Made by a program: the position numbers and the translations under genes. From NCBI GenBank assembly GCA_019057815.1, contig JAHLWR010000020.1, positions 1 through 64,000 of the forward strand: a stretch of DNA of 64,000 bases. Direction: 5' to 3'. Shown here one piece after another: positions 41,478 to 50,368 of the stretch. Each line of letters opens with the position of its first letter. Position 1 is the stretch's first letter. This stretch comes from Candidatus Heimdallarchaeota archaeon (lineage in GTDB: Archaea > Asgardarchaeota > Heimdallarchaeia > Heimdallarchaeales > Heimdallarchaeaceae). The notes under the pieces were generated by a model, which made no database searches, had not been told where the DNA came from, and saw only the letters and a list, made by a program, of their open reading frames with translations.

Positions 41478-42335
41478 TTATTCACTTTCTTGATCCTTTT
41501 TACCAGAAATATCAACTAAAACCTTTTTTACAGCTTTTTGTACATACAAACTCTCATCATCGACCATTTCAAGTAAAGGAGCGACCGATTTAGGGGTTCC
41601 AAACGTTCCTAAAGTTTCTGCTGAACATTTTCTTACATACCAATTGGAGTCATGGATAGCAACATGTAAAAGATTCATGACCACCTCTCCACCAATTTTA
41701 CCTAGAGATTCTGCAGCTGTTTCTATTACATCATGAATATCGTCTGTCATCATCAGATCATATAGAGGTTGAATCGCTTTTGGGTTACCTATTTCACCTA
41801 AAGACCATGCTATTTGCTTTCTGATTTCCTTTTCAGAATCTCCCAAGAAACGAACTAGAATATCTATGTTGAATTTCTCTAATTTTACAATTTCATCCCA
41901 TTTTTCTTTTGCAATTAAAAGTAGAACATTCTCAGTTTTATCTGATGGTTTCCACCCCATATACTCCAAGACAACTGCAGATTCACTTCTAGCTTCCCAG
42001 TTATTGTCTAATAATAGCGCTATTAGTACAGGTTTTGATTCCAGTGCCCACAGCTCTCCTAAAGCCCTTATGGCACTTTTTCTTACTGCTCCACTATCAT
42101 CCTTCAATTGCTTAATTAAAGGTGCAACAGCTCTTTTATCTTTAATTTTTCCCAGAGCCCAAGCTACTTTGGCTCTAACTGCTGATTCTTCATCTCTAAG
42201 AAGTTTTATTAATGACTCAACTGCTTTCGTTCGATTTTTATTGTCGACAATTGCCTCAAGAGTATACATCCTTAATAATGGATCAGCCCCATCTAAAGAT
42301 TCTACTAATGTAGCAATGTCATCTTCATCTAGCAA
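41478..42335 (-). CDS. HEAT/PBS-lyase repeat protein
   Basis: VRAKVAWALGKI-type repeats. Confidence 0.88.
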   Translation of the reverse strand: MLDEDDIATLVESLDGADPLLRMYTLEAIVDNKNRTKAVESLIKLLRDEESAVRAKVAWALGKIKDKRAVAPLIKQLKDDSGAVRKSAIRALGELWALESKPVLIALLLDNNWEARSESAVVLEYMGWKPSDKTENVLLLIAKEKWDEIVKLEKFNIDILVRFLGDSEKEIRKQIAWSLGEIGNPKAIQPLYDLMMTDDIHDVIETAAESLGKIGGEVVMNLLHVAIHDSNWYVRKCSAETLGTFGTPKSVAPLLEMVDDESLYVQKAVKKVLVDISGKKDQESE

Positions 42336-42373
42336 TTACAAATCCTCAACACTTAAAGTACATTGGAGAATTA

Positions 42374-42627
42374 AAGATGTTTGCATTTCATAAACGCACG
42401 TTATGAAACTTGGTTAAAATTGCCAGAGGCTTTCTAACCGTCGTTTGAAGGGGGTTTCGCCCTTGACCCCTCACGTGCGTTGAGGGGTAGTCCTGAAGAC
42501 TTTTCCGTTATAGTTAGTTTGTCATCACCACAGAGCTAGCTAGGCTCCCTGTTTCATGGTGAGTTTACTGAGGGACAACCACTTGTGTAGTTGCGAAACA
42601 GGTAAGTGATGATGATCACGCTATCTC
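42374..42627 (-). ncRNA. Unidentified multi-domain structured RNA with a kissing loop
   Basis: GC-enriched intergenic island with many stems. Mismatches read as G-U only on the minus strand. Complementary 7-nt hairpin loops. TATA box upstream. Confidence 0.65.
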
Positions 42628-42649
42628 TACTTATATATTTTTAAATTCA

Positions 42650-42657
42650 TATATAAA
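42650..42657 (-). promoter_or_regulatory. Archaeal TATA box for the putative ncRNA
   Basis: TTTATATA on the minus strand about 23-30 nt upstream of 42627. Confidence 0.5.
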
Positions 42658-42868
42658 CCCGTAGAAAAAAAGAGTTAGTTTTTATTCTTCTTCTACATAG
42701 CCATTTATGCTGTTAGAACGCTTATGGCAAGATTAGTCAACTTTTCTACACTCAGTGGACGACGGTAATAAAATTCAATAAAAAGAAGATTATAGAAAAG
42801 CTATGTAGAGAAACCAACACTTAAATTTGTGATGAAACAAATTATAAATAGTTTTCATTTAATGAAAG

Positions 42869-44236
42869 GTGACAAAAACGACTGAAGAAAAATACACAAA
42901 GGAAGAAATGTTAGCAAAAGCTAGCAAACCAGCCGAAGAGGCTTTAAAATTACACCCTTATTATAAGGGTAAAATTCAAATTGTTCCCAAATGCAGTATT
43001 TGGGATTTTGATGCATTTGCTGTGTGGTATACTCCAGGTGTTGCTGCCAGTTGTAGAGCAATAAAAGAAGACCCAGCAGAATCTTATAGACATACAAACA
43101 GAGCAAATACTATTGCAATAGTCTCTGATGGAACAAGAGTTCTCGGGTTAGGAGATATAGGTCCAGCAGCAGGTCAACCTGTTATGGAAGGAAAAGCACT
43201 GTTGTTCAAATATCTGGGTGGTGTTGATGCAGTACCATTGAGTATTGATACAAAAGATCCTGATGAAATAATTAAGTTTGTTAAATTAATACAACCTTCA
43301 TTCGGTGGTATAAACTTAGAAGATATATCAAAACCAAAATGTTACAAAGTCTTAGAGACATTACGTAATGATCCTAAAATTACAATTCCGGTATGGCACG
43401 ATGATGCACAAGGAACCGCTGCAATTGTAACTGCTGGAGTTCTTGGCGCTTTAAAACACGTTGGTAAGAAACTTGATGAAGTTAAGATTGCCATGCTCGG
43501 TGTAGGTGCTGCTAATACTCGAACAGCCTACGTTCTTCATGCTGCTGGTGCTCCGTTTGAGAACATAATTATGTGCGATTCCAAGGGTATTATTACCAAA
43601 GATCGTCCTGACATTATTGAGCAGAAAGATTACGACACTTTCAAGTATGATTTAGCTCAAAAGACCAACCCAGAAGGAATTACTGGTGATTTTGGTGTCG
43701 CTCTCCAAGGTGCTGATGTTCTCACTTCAGCTTCTAAATCTGAACCAGGTACAATCAAGAAAGAATGGATAACCAACATGGCAGAAGATTCTATTGTTTT
43801 CACATGTGCTAATCCTCTTCCAGAGATTTGGCCTTGGGATTCTAAAGAAGCTGGTGCAAGAGTTGTTGGAACTGGTCGAAGCGACTTTCCAAATCAAATT
43901 AATAACAGTCTTGGTTTTCCAGGTATTTTCAGAGGAACACTCGATGTTAATGCTAGTACTATTACTGATGAGATGTGTGTCGAAGCTGCTCGTGCTATTG
44001 CTGAAGTTGCAGAAAAGAGGGGTCTTAGAGATGATTTCGTTATTCCTTCAATGGATGATGTTGAAATCTTCCCCTATGTTGCGAGTAAAGTTGGCATGAA
44101 AGCTATTGAACAAGGTGTTGCTCGAATAATTATGGAAGAAGACGAATTATACAAAATTGCTAAAGAACAAATTAAATATGCTCGTGACCTCACAAAAAAC
44201 CTGATGGATACTAATTTCATCAAACCAAAAATTTAG
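42869..44236 (+). CDS. NAD(P)-dependent malic enzyme
   Basis: YTPGVA, DGTRVLGLGDIG, MEGK, NLEDI, HDDAQGT, ANP and NQINN motifs. Confidence 0.94.
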   Translation: MTKTTEEKYTKEEMLAKASKPAEEALKLHPYYKGKIQIVPKCSIWDFDAFAVWYTPGVAASCRAIKEDPAESYRHTNRANTIAIVSDGTRVLGLGDIGPAAGQPVMEGKALLFKYLGGVDAVPLSIDTKDPDEIIKFVKLIQPSFGGINLEDISKPKCYKVLETLRNDPKITIPVWHDDAQGTAAIVTAGVLGALKHVGKKLDEVKIAMLGVGAANTRTAYVLHAAGAPFENIIMCDSKGIITKDRPDIIEQKDYDTFKYDLAQKTNPEGITGDFGVALQGADVLTSASKSEPGTIKKEWITNMAEDSIVFTCANPLPEIWPWDSKEAGARVVGTGRSDFPNQINNSLGFPGIFRGTLDVNASTITDEMCVEAARAIAEVAEKRGLRDDFVIPSMDDVEIFPYVASKVGMKAIEQGVARIIMEEDELYKIAKEQIKYARDLTKNLMDTNFIKPKI

Positions 44237-44278
44237 TTTTTTTCTTTCTCTTTTTTTCTAGCTTGCAAAGACTTTATA

Positions 44279-46192
44279 TTGTATTTTTTACTTTGTAATA
44301 TTATTATGAATAATCTATCTCCGGATTCTAATTTCTATGACGTGATAGATTCGCTTCCTTTTCCAATAGTGATAATAAGAGGAGATAGATTCATTGGATC
44401 AAATAAGCTTTTTCGTAATGAAAGCGGATATTCACTGAAGGATCTTGAAACTAGAACAATTTATGATCTTATACACAAAAGTAACAAAGATATAGCAGAT
44501 GCTATAATTAGCAGTTTTCATTCAGAGGGAGATATCCCTCAAAAAATTCTTATTAATTTTATAAACAAGAATGATACAATATCTTTAAACATAGTTACTA
44601 TCCATAAAATCAAATTTTCAGGGGAAGATGCACTTCTACTAATTGGTGAAGATATTACTACAGACCCAATGAAATTTCAATCCTCCCATCTAACACAATC
44701 TCTATTTGAATCACTTTCTCATCACAGTCTAATAGGGTTCTGGGTTGATGATTTAAACAATAATACCATTTACATAAATGACCAGTTATGTGAAGATTTA
44801 GGCTATACTTATGAGGAAATCAAAAAGAGACAAGTTTCTGATTTTTTCCATACTAAATCTCAACAAGTTTATCAAGAAATGTGTAACCAAAGGAAAAATA
44901 ACAAAGTACCCACAAGTAATTATGAATTAGTTCTCCAAAATAAAAATGGAAAATCCATTCCTTACAGTGTAATCGGTTCAAATCTTTACGATACAAACAA
45001 TAAAATAATTGGATCGGTTGGAATGTTCACTAATATTGAGTCTATCAAGAAACTTTCGATTATGCAAACATTCCTGAACAAATATGTTTTACAAAAAGAA
45101 ATCAAAGATCATTTCTCCTTTTGGGATTCTGTTAGGTCAGATTCAGAAGAGATTTTCGGTGCAGAGTTTGGTCTTGTATTTCTAGATGGAAAAATCATTA
45201 CTCAAAAAGGAGATATTTACAATAATTTCAATGCCGAAGAAATGCTTGAGAAAATGACCCAAGAAAATAGAAGCGTTTGTTGTACCTGTGAAAGAGCAAT
45301 CAATTATTTTGAAGATCCAGTCTTATCTGTAATTATTTCAGTTATCAATATAGATGATCAACCTAGTGGTTTCATCATGGTTGCATCAGAAATCAATGAA
45401 CTTTTCTCTTCTAACGATTGTGATTTATTTGAAGCATTCTGCACACAGATTTCTCTCATTTTTGAACTCCATATAGTAGAGAAAGAGAGAGATAATGAAA
45501 GAGAGTTTTATTCAAGCATACTTAAATTACTGACATATGATTTTGTTAATGCAAATACCACCGTGCAGGGATATTTGGAATTATTACAGCAAAATTTATC
45601 AGGAGTAGATATTGGAAAAACCGATGAGTATCTGCAGAAGTGTATTTCCGTCGTAGAGAGAACAGAACGAATTATTCAAACTGTTTTACTACTTACAAAG
45701 ATTCAAAAAGAAGGTGGTAGCAAAAAAACGCTATTAAAACCTTTAATTGAAAATGCTATCGCTAGACAAAAGAAATATCACCATTCACGAGCAATAAACG
45801 TGAATCTAGACTGTAGATTAGAACTAAAAGTTATGGGATCAGATTTGATACAAGAGGGTATTGAAAATATCATACTAAACGCTATTCTTTATACAAATGA
45901 AAACGACGTTAAAATAGATATCATATGTCAAAATATCCTAATAAAAGATAAAAGGATGATAGAAATTCGATTTACTGATTATGGATCTGGCATACCTGAG
46001 GATATGAAACCAATATTAATGGCGAAAATAATAAAAGGAGATCAAAGATTTAAATCAAGTGTTGGACTAGGTTTGTCGATGGCTAAAGCTATATTCGAAT
46101 TCTTTGATGGAAAAGTGTGGATTGAAAATAGAGTTAAAGATGATTATACAAAAGGCACTGTAGTAATTATTCAGCTAGAAGAAGGAGATTGA
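44279..46192 (+). CDS. PAS-PAS-GAF sensor histidine kinase-like protein (H-box His replaced by Tyr)
   Basis: PAS motifs; N, G1 and G2 boxes (ENIILNA, DYGSG, GLGL); H-box reads LLTYDFVN. Confidence 0.85.
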   Translation: MYFLLCNIIMNNLSPDSNFYDVIDSLPFPIVIIRGDRFIGSNKLFRNESGYSLKDLETRTIYDLIHKSNKDIADAIISSFHSEGDIPQKILINFINKNDTISLNIVTIHKIKFSGEDALLLIGEDITTDPMKFQSSHLTQSLFESLSHHSLIGFWVDDLNNNTIYINDQLCEDLGYTYEEIKKRQVSDFFHTKSQQVYQEMCNQRKNNKVPTSNYELVLQNKNGKSIPYSVIGSNLYDTNNKIIGSVGMFTNIESIKKLSIMQTFLNKYVLQKEIKDHFSFWDSVRSDSEEIFGAEFGLVFLDGKIITQKGDIYNNFNAEEMLEKMTQENRSVCCTCERAINYFEDPVLSVIISVINIDDQPSGFIMVASEINELFSSNDCDLFEAFCTQISLIFELHIVEKERDNEREFYSSILKLLTYDFVNANTTVQGYLELLQQNLSGVDIGKTDEYLQKCISVVERTERIIQTVLLLTKIQKEGGSKKTLLKPLIENAIARQKKYHHSRAINVNLDCRLELKVMGSDLIQEGIENIILNAILYTNENDVKIDIICQNILIKDKRMIEIRFTDYGSGIPEDMKPILMAKIIKGDQRFKSSVGLGLSMAKAIFEFFDGKVWIENRVKDDYTKGTVVIIQLEEGD

Positions 46193-46377
46193 TAGAGCAG
46201 AATTTTTAGGGAAAAGTATTCTTCATTATTATCACTCCACCAAAGTATAATTTAATGTTTAAGTTCAGATTTTTAACAGTACTCCACGAATCTGTGGTAG
46301 CTGATCTAATTTTTCTGAACATCTATTGTTTTAGAACTTAACTTGTTTTTAAATGTGCGTAAAAGAAATATTGTTCA

Positions 46378-46752
46378 TTATTCTTCTGATAATTCTAAGT
46401 CCACAGTCTCTATTGTCATTTGTTTCATATTTATATGAGTGTCTCTGGATCCACATTTAGGGCATAAGAAATTATAAGCGAATTCTGGGTCTCCCTCTTC
46501 TGTTGGTTTTCCAGTATAATCACAGTCTATGCAAGTTATTTCAGCAGCTTTTATCTCCATAAGAAGCTCAGAATCTTTGAATTTTTCCATTTCATGTGTG
46601 ATAATTTTATAAGCTTCTTGAAGCAAATCAGGAATGATCATTTCGTAAGGACTAGCTGAAACAATTATCTTTTTTACTCTTATAACATTATATTTTTCTA
46701 CTATTTCTTCAATTTGAGTAACAATTGCAGAAGCTAGACTGTATTCATGCAT
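46378..46752 (-). CDS. hypA: Hydrogenase nickel insertion protein HypA
   Basis: N-terminal MHE and two CxxC motifs. Confidence 0.92.
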   Translation of the reverse strand: MHEYSLASAIVTQIEEIVEKYNVIRVKKIIVSASPYEMIIPDLLQEAYKIITHEMEKFKDSELLMEIKAAEITCIDCDYTGKPTEEGDPEFAYNFLCPKCGSRDTHINMKQMTIETVDLELSEE

Positions 46753-46754
46753 TT

Positions 46755-47417
46755 TTATTCTCTCTTTGGAATGTCTATACCAAGAGCTGTTATCAAATCA
46801 TCAATTCCTTGCTTTGTTTTTGCGCTTGTGCATATAACTTCCATGTCTGATTTAATTTTAGATGCATCTTCAACAAGTGTTTTAGAATCAAAATCTTCTC
46901 CTTCTATATCACATTTATTGATAACAGCTATCTGAGCTCCTTTGAATATAATAGGGTGTTTCTTGATAACATATTCACCCTCTGTAATACTCACCACTAC
47001 AATGTTTTTTGCTGCACCTACATCCCAAGCCGCTGGACATATTAAATTACCAACATTTTCTGTAAAAAATATATCATAATCATCAATGTTAATTTTATCA
47101 AACTCTTTCTGCATCAAACTTGCTGTCAAATGACATCCGCCACCTGTATTTATCTGAACTGTAGTAGCTCCACACTTAGCAATTCTATCTGCGTCAATGG
47201 TTGTTGCAACATCTCCATTAATGACAAATACTTTATAATAAGGTGAAAGACGCTCAGCTATTCTTTCAAGAATAAGTGTTTTTCCTGAGCCTATGGATCC
47301 CATAACATTGAAGAATCTCTTGTTCTTTGTTTTCATTTTATTTCTTATATTTTCAGCTAGTTCATCATTAACGACATAAGCCTTTTTTTTAACTGAAATT
47401 TGTTTGATTTCAACCAT
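46755..47417 (-). CDS. hypB: Hydrogenase nickel incorporation GTPase HypB
   Basis: GSGKT, GGCHL, ENVGNLICPA and NKCD motifs. Confidence 0.95.
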   Translation of the reverse strand: MVEIKQISVKKKAYVVNDELAENIRNKMKTKNKRFFNVMGSIGSGKTLILERIAERLSPYYKVFVINGDVATTIDADRIAKCGATTVQINTGGGCHLTASLMQKEFDKINIDDYDIFFTENVGNLICPAAWDVGAAKNIVVVSITEGEYVIKKHPIIFKGAQIAVINKCDIEGEDFDSKTLVEDASKIKSDMEVICTSAKTKQGIDDLITALGIDIPKRE

Positions 47418-47531
47418 TATAGTCAGAAGCAGTGAAAAAGTAGAAATTAAAAAGTCATCGCTAGGACATCAATAAACTTTATTACCTTTAATATGATAAT
47501 AGTTTTAGTAATCGTTAATAGAGGAAAAAAG

Positions 47532-49346
47532 ATGAAATTCAATTTTATGAAAAAAAAGAGAGCTATATCTCCTGTTGTAGCAACTGTGCTTCTAATAAGT
47601 TTGGTTGTTGCCGCTTCAGCAATAGTTTTCACATTAGTTGTTCCGATGCTCAAGGGTTCGTCAGATATTGAAATACTTTCAACACAATGGTTTGATACTG
47701 ATGGTGATTCTGTTGCAGATATTGTATATATAACAGTACAAAATAGTGGAACAGCGGAGGCTATAATAACAGGTGTTAATATAACTCTATTAAACGATAT
47801 TCATAATACTACCTTAACACTACAGAATGTTGATATAGAACAAGATATTCCATATACTGTTAGTATAAGTGCGAGAGCAGACTTAATAGTAAGATTTAAT
47901 TCTACTGATGATATATCCTATGGGAGTAACGTTTTTCGAGTATCTCTAACTTTTGGAGATAATAACGTTGCATTTGCAAGTGAAAATTTGAAGCACACAG
48001 ATCTAATTGAGGATCTTTCGTTAACAGTGATTAACCCAATAAATAATTCATGGTTTAGTGGTGTAATTGACCCCCAAGTTGTTAAGACTGGTGGTTTTCT
48101 ACCTACTGCTGTCAAATACACACTTTATTATCCCAATGGTACTTCTGTCGCAGGTTATCGGGATGTACTTCATACAGTTAACATTGATACTAATGTCACA
48201 GCAATTCCTGATGATCATGGCTATATTCTTTCATTCTTTACTTCTGATGTCTTGGGTTCATTAACTAGAACAAATATTACTATCAATGTAGATAATTATT
48301 ATCCAACAGTTGCTTTACAACTGAATGGTTCGAGTTTTAATCAAAATGAAGGAATTGATATAGCTTGGACGGTCACCGGAATAGATGAAATTGCAGGAGA
48401 TTCTCCCTTAATAAGCCAAATTTTAACGCTTACAGCAACAGGATACGATGGAAAAACACTTTACTCTGATGATGGTTCTACAGCTCTAGAAGGTGTTCAA
48501 ATATCTCCATATGATTTACCTGGTTCTGAAACCTTATACTTACATGAGAATACCTATACAATTACAATTTACGTAAAGGATTCAGCTGGAAACACGAAAG
48601 CTAATGGAAAAGATTTTGATTTGGTAGATGATATCCATCCTGAAACATATTTTGTTACTCCTGCTAATAATGATACAGCCTTATCAGATATTGTCCTTTT
48701 TGAAATATATGCCAAAGACACATCAGGAATTGACACACAAACGATTTATTTAACATTTTTAAGTACAACAGGTGGAACTGATTACCCATTCACGATAAGT
48801 GATCTAAGCTGTTATTATGATGAAAATAATTTTATGTGGATAATATACTTCAGTACTTATCTGGTTGAAAATGACAATTATTATGTCAAGGTAGATGTTT
48901 TTGACACTGCAGGAAATGGAAATACAAGTAAACATTATAATGATGTTGATAATACATTTCTTGGAATTAATCATATAATTGCAGATGAAATAGATGGTCC
49001 AGGTGGTTATGCTTTACTTTCCTTTGATTTGACTAATAAAGCAAATAGCTCTATTAAAGTGATTACTATATCATTTTCATGGACTTACGATAAAATAAGC
49101 TTTATTCATACTGTTTATGACTTTACTGATACGTGGTTAGCCTCACCAGGTCCCTATAATAAAGATATAGGTTATCCTGTTAATAATGGTGATGGAATAA
49201 TTATTGAACCAGGAGATTTAAGTTATAAGAGGTTAAACATTGGATTCACTATGTCACCTGGCGGAAAAATATTTGACGCTGGTAAAATAACAGTTATGTT
49301 CAACATTGAGAACATTGGATGGGAAACACACGATATTTACATTTAA
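47532..49346 (+). CDS. Large archaeal type IV pilin-like adhesin with Ig-like domains
   Basis: Class III signal KKKRA|ISPVVATVLLI; DSAGN/DTAGN Ig-like repeats. Start is 47532 or 47547. Confidence 0.8.
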   Translation: MKFNFMKKKRAISPVVATVLLISLVVAASAIVFTLVVPMLKGSSDIEILSTQWFDTDGDSVADIVYITVQNSGTAEAIITGVNITLLNDIHNTTLTLQNVDIEQDIPYTVSISARADLIVRFNSTDDISYGSNVFRVSLTFGDNNVAFASENLKHTDLIEDLSLTVINPINNSWFSGVIDPQVVKTGGFLPTAVKYTLYYPNGTSVAGYRDVLHTVNIDTNVTAIPDDHGYILSFFTSDVLGSLTRTNITINVDNYYPTVALQLNGSSFNQNEGIDIAWTVTGIDEIAGDSPLISQILTLTATGYDGKTLYSDDGSTALEGVQISPYDLPGSETLYLHENTYTITIYVKDSAGNTKANGKDFDLVDDIHPETYFVTPANNDTALSDIVLFEIYAKDTSGIDTQTIYLTFLSTTGGTDYPFTISDLSCYYDENNFMWIIYFSTYLVENDNYYVKVDVFDTAGNGNTSKHYNDVDNTFLGINHIIADEIDGPGGYALLSFDLTNKANSSIKVITISFSWTYDKISFIHTVYDFTDTWLASPGPYNKDIGYPVNNGDGIIIEPGDLSYKRLNIGFTMSPGGKIFDAGKITVMFNIENIGWETHDIYI

Positions 49347-49453
49347 TAGACAATATCTTTTCCTTTTTTCTTTTTATAATACATTTTTATTTTACTTTCT
49401 TTCTAGTTAATAATTTCGAAAAGCTAATATTCTCCATATAATATCTAACAATA

Positions 49454-50347
49454 ATGAGTGTTATCTATGGAAAATTTCCCAACTTGAAAAAGTTTTTTCA
49501 GACTTTAGTAGAGTATATTGCTTCTTCTATGCAAGTCATATCTGTTATGCAATTTGGGGATATTGCATTAGATGATTTCTCTCCTAAATATAGTAAAATT
49601 GATGTCATAGTAATATTAGAAAAGAGTCTATGGGAAAAAGATTTTGATCTGATCGATGATATTATGTCAAAAATCCAGCAAACTTACCCTGATTATTCTA
49701 GTAATCTAAATTTATACTTTATCCCATCTCAGTTGATTGAAAATCCTCGTATATCTTATCAAGATTTCGAAGGGATGATAGTCACTTCAGATAACCAAGT
49801 CCTCATTTCAAAGTATCCATTTACAGCAACAAAAGACTTTCAAATAAGAAAATACGCTGAAACCCTATATGGCAATGATTACAAAGAAACATTTCCCATC
49901 CCCCCAACGGATTGTTTTTGGATGGATTTTGTAAAAGGGTTAGAAGAACTTGAAAAAAATGTTAAAGAATATCCATTCCAACTTTCTAATGATACATCAG
50001 ACGAAAAAGCAATAAATATATTACTTAATTTAACACAGACCATTTATTCTTTGAAGAATAATGATTTCATCGGAAAGACAAAAGGTGCATATTGGTTTGC
50101 AAACGAATATCCAAGTGATTTAGGCGATTTTATATTGGAAGTGGGATTAAGTAGACTAAGAAACACTTCAACATCAAACATTATTAGTTTAGTAGAAAAA
50201 AGTAGGGATTTCTTCTTATTTTTCATAGAAAAAGTATTCCAAATCAGAGGAATGAAAACTCCAGATTTCAAAAAAACAGTTAAGATTAGTGATTCAACCC
50301 ATGACTTCACCTTTGTTTTCATGGAAATAAGAAATCTGCTACAATGA
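49454..50347 (+). CDS. Pol-beta-fold nucleotidyltransferase-like protein (aminoglycoside adenylyltransferase-like), degenerate motif
   Basis: FGDIALDDF...SKIDV in place of GSxxxGDF...SDID; GKTKGAYW C-terminal motif. Confidence 0.6.
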   Translation: MSVIYGKFPNLKKFFQTLVEYIASSMQVISVMQFGDIALDDFSPKYSKIDVIVILEKSLWEKDFDLIDDIMSKIQQTYPDYSSNLNLYFIPSQLIENPRISYQDFEGMIVTSDNQVLISKYPFTATKDFQIRKYAETLYGNDYKETFPIPPTDCFWMDFVKGLEELEKNVKEYPFQLSNDTSDEKAINILLNLTQTIYSLKNNDFIGKTKGAYWFANEYPSDLGDFILEVGLSRLRNTSTSNIISLVEKSRDFFLFFIEKVFQIRGMKTPDFKKTVKISDSTHDFTFVFMEIRNLLQ

Positions 50348-50368
50348 AAATCAGGAAGGTGAATTTCA

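Noticed and set aside
42548-42602. Hammerhead ribozyme on the + strand (CTGAGGGA...CGAAAC)
   Set aside because: The core deviates from CUGANGA, stem I cannot form, and wobble pairs favour the minus strand.
42374-42627. SRP RNA, RNase P RNA, group I/II intron or telomerase-like RNA
   Set aside because: No SRP helix-8 motif, no separated P4 halves, and no P7 or domain V. The CUAACUAUAAC resemblance to a template is too short and no RT is present.
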